Shown here one piece after another: positions 58,636 to 64,000 of a DNA stretch of 64,000 nt. Source of the stretch: Escherichia virus TH22. The notes beneath the pieces are model-generated. The model did not search any database, was not told where the DNA came from, and saw only the letters and a program-made list of their open reading frames with translations. The DNA lies in sequence record MT446396.1. One strand, 5' to 3'. Each line of letters begins with the position of its first letter. The stretch's first letter is position 1. The translations under genes and the position numbers were made by a program.

Positions 58636-58812
58636 ATGGTTATTGAAGATAAAGAAATTAAAGTCAACCAGTATTATTCAATCAACGGCAAAGCTGTTTT
58701 AGTAACTGAAATATCTAGCCTGGATGTGTGGTATACCATAATTGACCTTGGTATTAAAATGATTTGTGACCGTGGAGTGTTTTGTTCGATAGCTAAGGAA
58801 ATTAAATTATGA
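58636..58812 (+). CDS. Hypothetical small protein
   Basis: Start at MVIEDKE (internal Met of track ORF). Confidence 0.45.
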   Translation: MVIEDKEIKVNQYYSINGKAVLVTEISSLDVWYTIIDLGIKMICDRGVFCSIAKEIKL

Positions 58813-59063
58813 GCCTGAAATTACACTCAATGAAAAATATCATTACCCTTAATCTGGATGATGAGCGCCTAATTTTTCTCACCGTCACTGATAAGAATAT
58901 TGAAATTGCAAATGGTCCTAAGACTTATTGTTGCCCAGTGAAGAATTGGAAGCATGTAACCTTTTTGACCCTGTGCGACCGTCTGAAAGACCTTAAGTTG
59001 GATTTGGATGTCAAAGATATTCAGTACATTAAAAATCTTATTGGATACAAACTGTTGAGGTAA
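58809..59063 (+). CDS. Hypothetical small protein
   Basis: 84 aa. Confidence 0.5.
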   Translation: MSLKLHSMKNIITLNLDDERLIFLTVTDKNIEIANGPKTYCCPVKNWKHVTFLTLCDRLKDLKLDLDVKDIQYIKNLIGYKLLR

Positions 59064-59065
59064 CT

Positions 59066-59359
59066 ATGGGTAAAACTATTCGTCGTAAAGATTTGTCTTC
59101 TAAAGATTTTAATTGCATAGCTAGACGTAAAGCGCCTGATGGTGTATCAGAAGAAACTTTAAACGAAAATATCTTCCGTTCAGACAAATGGAAGCGTATG
59201 CGTGGCGTTGATTCAGAAGTCAAGAATGAGATGAATCGTCAACTGCGTAAAGAAGTTCGTCAGTTGAAAAAAGATGTATACGTTGAGGATGATTTGGATT
59301 ATAATACTTCTCATCTTGTTGCAAAACGTAAATCAAACGAGTGCTATCGTTACAGCTGA
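59066..59359 (+). CDS. Hypothetical basic protein
   Basis: 97 aa, Lys/Arg-rich. Confidence 0.5.
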   Translation: MGKTIRRKDLSSKDFNCIARRKAPDGVSEETLNENIFRSDKWKRMRGVDSEVKNEMNRQLRKEVRQLKKDVYVEDDLDYNTSHLVAKRKSNECYRYS

Positions 59360-59366
59360 GGAAAAC

Positions 59367-59498
59367 ATGAATATCAAACGAATGCTTTTTAAACAAGGAT
59401 TATACGCTTTAAATTCTGCTCCAAAAGGCGATACAACTAAGTGGTCAGTAAATGACTGGATTAAATTTATTGATGAAAACGGTAACTGGAAAATTTAA
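59367..59498 (+). CDS. Small ORF (43 aa)
   Basis: Start at MNIKRMLF after GAGGAAAAC; the longer track ORF would overlap the previous gene. Confidence 0.35.
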   Translation: MNIKRMLFKQGLYALNSAPKGDTTKWSVNDWIKFIDENGNWKI

Positions 59499-59696
59499 AT
59501 GAATCCTGAATCTAAATTATCACAGCGAATTGTTGAATCTCGTCGTCAGTTCTTTGAAAATATGATAGCTCAAGGTATTGATGATGAAGTTTTTCTGAAC
59601 TGGTTTTGGAATCTCTATTATTCAAAATGTGCAGGAACAATATTATTATCGGCCGCATTGATGTACGAAGGCTGGAAAGGCGCTAAAGCGCAGTAA
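59499..59696 (+). CDS. Hypothetical small protein
   Basis: 65 aa. Confidence 0.45.
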   Translation: MNPESKLSQRIVESRRQFFENMIAQGIDDEVFLNWFWNLYYSKCAGTILLSAALMYEGWKGAKAQ

Positions 59697-59704
59697 AAAC
59701 CAAC

Positions 59705-59768
59705 GGGGTCATGGTATAATGACCCTAGGATAATAAAATTTTAATTTAATGAGACTGAGGAATATATC
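59705..59768 (+). promoter_or_regulatory. Promoter-like cassette with -10 inside inverted repeat
   Basis: TATAAT inside GGGTCAT...ATGACCC inverted repeat; no clear -35 match. Confidence 0.5.
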
Positions 59769-60095
59769 ATGACTGCATCTATCACTAACATCATCGCTAA
59801 TTTCGCATTTGCTAAAGTTAACACTCTGATGAAATCTGGTTTTGTTACTCCTGAGATTCTGGACCAGTGGGAAGGCGATGTACAGAAACTGATTATTGCA
59901 GAAGGTCAGACAATGGGCAAAGCGCGTATTCGTGAAAGCCTTGTCCAGTATATCCTGAATGAATTTGATGTAGTAGCGTTTGGTTTACCGCTTCTGCGTG
60001 AAAACAAAGAAGTTTCTGATAAAGCTATCAAGCGTATGAAGGCCCAGCGCAAGAAGGGGTTTGTTGACCTGAAAATTGTTAAGGGTGCGAAATGA
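59769..60095 (+). CDS. Hypothetical protein
   Basis: 108 aa. Confidence 0.55.
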   Translation: MTASITNIIANFAFAKVNTLMKSGFVTPEILDQWEGDVQKLIIAEGQTMGKARIRESLVQYILNEFDVVAFGLPLLRENKEVSDKAIKRMKAQRKKGFVDLKIVKGAK

Positions 60096-60349
60096 TGTGT
60101 CCTGCTATTGAATTACCTGAAGGTGTTGCGGTAATAGTATCTTACAAGTATGCTAATGGAATTCGCCGAGCTCATAAAATTAGTCACGGTTACTATTTAC
60201 AAAGGATTTTAAATTATTTCATTTCAATGGGATATGAATTCAGAATCTATCCTATGTGTACTAAAACCAAGTACACTAAAATCGATGCTTGGGAAGCTTG
60301 GGGGGAAGGTATGACATTAGACGAATTCCTGGACTACTTAAATGATTAA
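60092..60349 (+). CDS. Hypothetical protein
   Basis: 85 aa. Confidence 0.5.
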   Translation: MMCPAIELPEGVAVIVSYKYANGIRRAHKISHGYYLQRILNYFISMGYEFRIYPMCTKTKYTKIDAWEAWGEGMTLDEFLDYLND

Positions 60350-60608
60350 AATTAAACTCTCTCATTATGAGAAAAACCTGGAAATGATTGCTATGAAAGA
60401 AGAACTCCTGAATGATGTACGTCTGGCAGGTTATGCTGTTTGTGTCAATGATGTTGGTGTCCTCCAGATTGAAGGTGACCACTTTATTATTGAATATGAA
60501 TTTCATCAGTATTGGTTGTATGCTAAAGATGAAGTAGGTGGGATTGATTATGTTGACCAGTTTGATAAGCTTGACGATGTTTTAGAAGCTGCTCAGATGG
60601 TGTACTGA
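60342..60608 (+). CDS. Hypothetical protein
   Basis: 88 aa. Confidence 0.5.
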   Translation: MIKIKLSHYEKNLEMIAMKEELLNDVRLAGYAVCVNDVGVLQIEGDHFIIEYEFHQYWLYAKDEVGGIDYVDQFDKLDDVLEAAQMVY

Positions 60609-60874
60609 TGCACATCAATCATACAATGATATCCGTCCAGGACCTGGGAACGTTTTGGGTGGATGAATTTATGAAAATAACATTCTTCCCGCACGCAGAA
60701 GGGTACGGCTCTTGGGAGTCCCATATTAGTATGCTGAATGAAGGGCAATACCGCAACGAACATGACCGCCTGATGGAATTCATTAGCGATGCCGAGGTTA
60801 TCCCTTATATTGACATTCATGAATTTAAGGCAATTATGGAGAAGGTCTTTCAGGCTTACTGTTTACTTCGCTAA
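60608..60874 (+). CDS. Hypothetical protein
   Basis: 88 aa. Confidence 0.5.
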   Translation: MHINHTMISVQDLGTFWVDEFMKITFFPHAEGYGSWESHISMLNEGQYRNEHDRLMEFISDAEVIPYIDIHEFKAIMEKVFQAYCLLR

Positions 60875-60899
60875 TGCTTTGTATTAAGGATGATATAAT
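60873..60899 (+). promoter_or_regulatory. Possible MotA-type middle promoter for gene 55
   Basis: AATGCTTTG (MotA-box-like TGCTT) 14 nt upstream of TATAAT; ~25 nt before gene 55 ATG. Confidence 0.4.
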
Positions 60900-60922
60900 A
60901 TTCATATACTAAGCGAGGCGAT

Positions 60923-61480
60923 ATGAACGAAATTAAATTAACCAAGAATAACTATGTAAATAATAAAGAGCTTCTGAAAGCTATTTCGGAGTGGAAACAG
61001 AAGCTGAATGCGAACACCGACCCGAATAAAATTATTCGCCAGAACGACGTTATTGGTCTGGCAATTATGCTTATAGCCGAAGGTCTTAGCAAACGTTTCA
61101 ACTTCTCCGGATATACCCAATCCTGGAAGCAAGAAATGATTGCAGACGGAATTGAGGCCGCAATAAAAGGTCTTCACAACTTCGACGAAACAAAATACGA
61201 TAATCCACATGCTTACATAACAATGGCTTGCTTCAATGCTTTCGTTCAGCGTATCAAAAAAGAACGTAAAGAAATGGCAAAGAAATATAGCTACTTCGTC
61301 CATAACGTGTATGATTCACGTGATGACGATATGGTGGCTCTGGCTGATGAAACATTTATCCAGGACATCTATGACAAAATGACACAGTACGAATCCTCTT
61401 TAGTTAAAGCGCCAGGGTCTGATAAGAGCGCCAAAGATAAAGAAGGTGATTTGGATTTTTTATATGGAACATCAATTTGA
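60923..61480 (+). CDS. 55: Late-transcription sigma factor gp55
   Basis: [12 protein letters not shown]...[37 protein letters not shown]...[17 protein letters not shown] matches T4 gp55; 185 aa. Confidence 0.9.
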   Translation: MNEIKLTKNNYVNNKELLKAISEWKQKLNANTDPNKIIRQNDVIGLAIMLIAEGLSKRFNFSGYTQSWKQEMIADGIEAAIKGLHNFDETKYDNPHAYITMACFNAFVQRIKKERKEMAKKYSYFVHNVYDSRDDDMVALADETFIQDIYDKMTQYESSLVKAPGSDKSAKDKEGDLDFLYGTSI

Positions 61481-61697
61481 TATTACCGATTTTTTAGATA
61501 AAATCGAGGAAGACTTTACTGCGCTCCCATATTTCATTAAACTTTATCTGCGAGACATAAAAGGTCTTCCAATTGATATCGACCCTTTAAACGTCCGGAA
61601 TCTGGAATTTACTTCACCGGATAATAACGTTGATTACCGTTATCATGTAGATAATGCTAATCTATATTTTACAATTGAGTTAACTCCCAAGGATTAA
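61467..61697 (+). CDS. Hypothetical small protein
   Basis: Start at MEHQFD (internal Met of track ORF). Confidence 0.45.
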   Translation, partial: EHQFDITDFLDKIEEDFTALPYFIKLYLRDIKGLPIDIDPLNVRNLEFTSPDNNVDYRYHVDNANLYFTIELTPKD

Positions 61698-61698
61698 T

Positions 61699-62010
61699 AT
61701 GCAAGCTCCAGATATTTCTCAACTGACCGATAAGCAGATTGAAGAAGCACAGGAACGTCTCGAAGAAGCGAACGCACTCGAAGCACAGAGTCAAGCGGCA
61801 AAGATTCTGAAAAAGAATGCTCGTGAAATTGCACGACTGAATAAGCATGCTCAAGGGGCAGTGCTGGAAAACAATTTTGAAGCATACAAATATGCTTTAG
61901 TTAAACTGCGTGGAATTTACCGCCAACCAGTTACGGAAGACCTGATTAAGTTGATGTGGGAAACTACTCGCAAACAAATTTGGGAAATCGTAAATGGCAT
62001 TAGTAAATAA
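61699..62010 (+). CDS. Hypothetical protein
   Basis: 103 aa, helical. Confidence 0.5.
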   Translation: MQAPDISQLTDKQIEEAQERLEEANALEAQSQAAKILKKNAREIARLNKHAQGAVLENNFEAYKYALVKLRGIYRQPVTEDLIKLMWETTRKQIWEIVNGISK

Positions 62011-62194
62011 ACCTTTTAAACGGCTTCTTGTTGGAGCCGCTTTCAGACTTCGCTCATATGGTAATATCTGTATCAAGCAGACTGAAACCGAATATAAAAT
62101 GGTTGGGCAGTATTCCGATGAAATTTTTCGGATTGAGCCTGTAGCCAAGGTTTGGGTGGATTCACATCAACTTAAGAAGTGGTGGCAACGATGA
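61994..62194 (+). CDS. Hypothetical small protein
   Basis: 66 aa. Confidence 0.4.
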   Translation: MALVNKPFKRLLVGAAFRLRSYGNICIKQTETEYKMVGQYSDEIFRIEPVAKVWVDSHQLKKWWQR

Positions 62195-62349
62195 TAACAT
62201 GGACTGCCGGTTAATGAATGACGAATACGAAAAAGTTTAAGAGGTGTATTATGACTATTGATGATGTAAATATTCTTACTTCCGACGAATTAAAACGATT
62301 GGGTAATATATTTCAAGACGAACATCCTGATTTTTAAGAGGTCATATGA

Positions 62350-62523
62350 ATGACGAATTCGACGGATTTTGATAAGATTAAATCTGATAAAAATGAGATG
62401 ATACTTCAATTTGAAGCCGCTCGTATTAAAGCAGAAAATGAAGGTACTATTACCCATAAGAAAATCAAGTTCAAGTCTAATCGCGAACCTCTGTATGGTG
62501 TATTAATTGGAAAGGAAGCCTAG
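62350..62523 (+). CDS. Small ORF (57 aa), below track cutoff
   Basis: MTNSTDFDKIKSDKNEM...; ends inside the terminator hairpin. Confidence 0.4.
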   Translation: MTNSTDFDKIKSDKNEMILQFEAARIKAENEGTITHKKIKFKSNREPLYGVLIGKEA

Positions 62524-62537
62524 TGCTTCCTTTTTGC
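62513..62537 (+). terminator. Rho-independent terminator
   Basis: AGGAAGC-CTAGT-GCTTCCT hairpin followed by TTTTTG. Confidence 0.7.
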
Positions 62538-62719
62538 TTTATATTCGGGATGATAAAATGAACCAACTGAGGAGATTATATGGAATTATTTTTAGGATAT
62601 GTTGTGTTATTCATGGCATTCTACACATTCACACGAGCTTGTTGGATAGGATTCTTTTCTACTCCTGACGGGTTCATTTCAATAATTTTATTTTGCACTG
62701 CGATAACGGCGCTTGGCTT

Positions 62720-63739
62720 ATGAAAATTTTAAATTTAGGTGATTGGCACTTGGGTGTCAAAGCTGACGACCCATGGGCTCAAAACATTCAACGTGATGGT
62801 ATTTTACAGGCGATTGCATATTCCAAAGCAAATGGAATTAAAGTCTGGATTCAATATGGTGATATTTTTGACGTCCGTAAGGCTGTAACGCATAAGACAA
62901 TGGAATTCAGCCGCGAGATTATGGAACTCCTTCGTGAAGCAGGAATTACTATGCACACGATAGTCGGGAACCATGACATGAATCTGAAGAATAAGATTCA
63001 TCCTAATGCTATCACCGAACTCCTGAATAAGTATGACCATGTTAAAATCTACGACAAGCCAACGACTGTTGATTTTGACGGTTGTCAGATTGATATGATT
63101 CCATGGATGTGTGACGAGAACGCGACTGACATTCATCAACACATCAAAACTTCTGGTGCCGAATATTGCATCGGTCACTGGGAATTAACCGGGTTTTATT
63201 TCTATAAAGGATTGAAATCCCACGGGCTTGAGCCTGATTTCCTTAAGAAGTACAAGCAAGTTTGGTCTGGGCACTTCCATACCATTTCGGAAGCTGCGAA
63301 CGTTAAGTACATAGGAACGCCATGGACATTAACAGCAGGTGATGAGAATGACCCGCGCGGATTCTGGGAATTTGATACAGAAACCGAAGAGATGAAATTT
63401 ATTCCGAATGAAACCACTTGGCATCGGAAGATTTTCTATCCAAACGAAACTATTAACTACGACGACTTCAAAGACTTATCAGTCCGTGTTATTGTAGAAA
63501 AAGTCGATAAAGACCTGACCAAGTTCGAATCTGAATTAGAAAAGCGTGTACATGAATTGCGTGTTGTCAATAAGGTTGATAACAGTGTTGATACGACTGA
63601 CTCCGAAGAAGAGTTAGACATAAAACGCTTAACTGATATGATGGCAGAATATATTGATGCATTACCTGACACCAATGAGAAAGAATCAAAAGCTCTTAAA
63701 GCATTGGCCAACAAATTATATCTTGAGGTGCAACCGTGA
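62720..63739 (+). CDS. 47: Recombination endonuclease subunit gp47 (Mre11-like)
   Basis: Start at MKILNLGDWHLG (phosphoesterase motif I); GDIFD, GNHD, GHWE, SGHFH motifs; 339 aa, the T4 gp47 length. Confidence 0.9.
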   Translation: MKILNLGDWHLGVKADDPWAQNIQRDGILQAIAYSKANGIKVWIQYGDIFDVRKAVTHKTMEFSREIMELLREAGITMHTIVGNHDMNLKNKIHPNAITELLNKYDHVKIYDKPTTVDFDGCQIDMIPWMCDENATDIHQHIKTSGAEYCIGHWELTGFYFYKGLKSHGLEPDFLKKYKQVWSGHFHTISEAANVKYIGTPWTLTAGDENDPRGFWEFDTETEEMKFIPNETTWHRKIFYPNETINYDDFKDLSVRVIVEKVDKDLTKFESELEKRVHELRVVNKVDNSVDTTDSEEELDIKRLTDMMAEYIDALPDTNEKESKALKALANKLYLEVQP

Positions 63740-63999
63740 GACTTTATGATTTTAATGAAGCGGGGCTTGAACATATCCGCGAATGTGATGTGGTTGACGA
63801 CGATAATCAACCGAATACTATTAAGTATTGGTTTGAAGCTATCACTGACCGGGAAACCGGTCAACTTATCAAAGTCTATGTAGTCACCGATTGGGCCGTA
63901 GAATTTAGTTTTAATGTAATGGAAGATGATACTCCAGAGACATTAATTCATATGGCTGAATCATGCATCAAGGATGCTTATTACGATGAAGACTTTTGA
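63736..63999 (+). CDS. Hypothetical acidic protein (probable GTG start)
   Basis: 87-aa ORF overlapping gp47 stop, first codon non-ATG; between 47 and the expected gene 46 beyond the window. Confidence 0.4.
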   Translation: MRLYDFNEAGLEHIRECDVVDDDNQPNTIKYWFEAITDRETGQLIKVYVVTDWAVEFSFNVMEDDTPETLIHMAESCIKDAYYDEDF

Positions 64000-64000
64000 A

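Noticed and set aside
60861-60866. GTTTAC as the -35 of a sigma70-type promoter for gene 55
   Set aside because: Spacing to the TATAAT at 60894 is about 27 nt, too long; the MotA-box-like TGCTT at 60875 fits middle-promoter spacing better.
62580-62723. 47-aa hydrophobic ORF overlapping the gp47 start
   Set aside because: Overlaps the better-supported gp47 start region; may be real but cannot be supported by sequence alone.

Overview
This window reads as a contiguous segment of a T4-like (Tevenvirinae-type) myovirus genome. All homology calls are from reading the translations against remembered T4 proteins and motifs; no database search was run, and coordinates of sub-gene motifs may be off by 1-2 nt. 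(1) Positions 1-19995 are a minus-strand late structural operon in T4 gene order: terminase 17 (N-terminal part, runs off the window) and 16, neck/tail-completion 15-14-13, fibritin wac, short tail fiber 12, baseplate 11-10-9-8-7-6, PAAR tip 5.4, 5.1, hub/lysozyme 5 and 53, with TATAAATA late-promoter motifs and hairpin terminators at operon breaks. (2) A divergent late-promoter region at about 20040 leads into plus-strand genes 4, 2, 3, 1, 57A and 57B, interrupted by two free-standing HNH homing-endonuclease genes. (3) Positions 24.7-62.5 kb are a dense plus-strand early/middle region of mostly small genes. Recognisable ones are 57B (2H phosphoesterase, Acb1-like), seven internal-protein-like genes carrying an N-terminal capsid-targeting sequence, a tRNA cluster (tRNA-Met/Ile CAT, tRNA-Arg TCT, two non-canonical tRNA-like elements), nudE, lysozyme e, denV, regB, a macro-domain protein, tk, rI, a Pol-beta-type nucleotidyltransferase, nrdC, endonuclease VII (49), nrdD (uninterrupted), nrdG, an nrdH-like glutaredoxin, sigma factor 55 and recombination nuclease 47. 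(4) More than twenty near-identical promoter cassettes (TGTACA/TTTACA -35, 17-bp spacer, TATAAT -10 often inside an inverted repeat, conserved leader and RBS) punctuate the early region. The most interesting content is the hypervariable early-gene complement: the internal-protein array, a four-gene family sharing a C-terminal W-V-S-S-S-x-E-C tail, the macro-domain and nucleotidyltransferase proteins, and the repeated promoter cassettes. No CRISPR array, integrase or prophage junction is visible.
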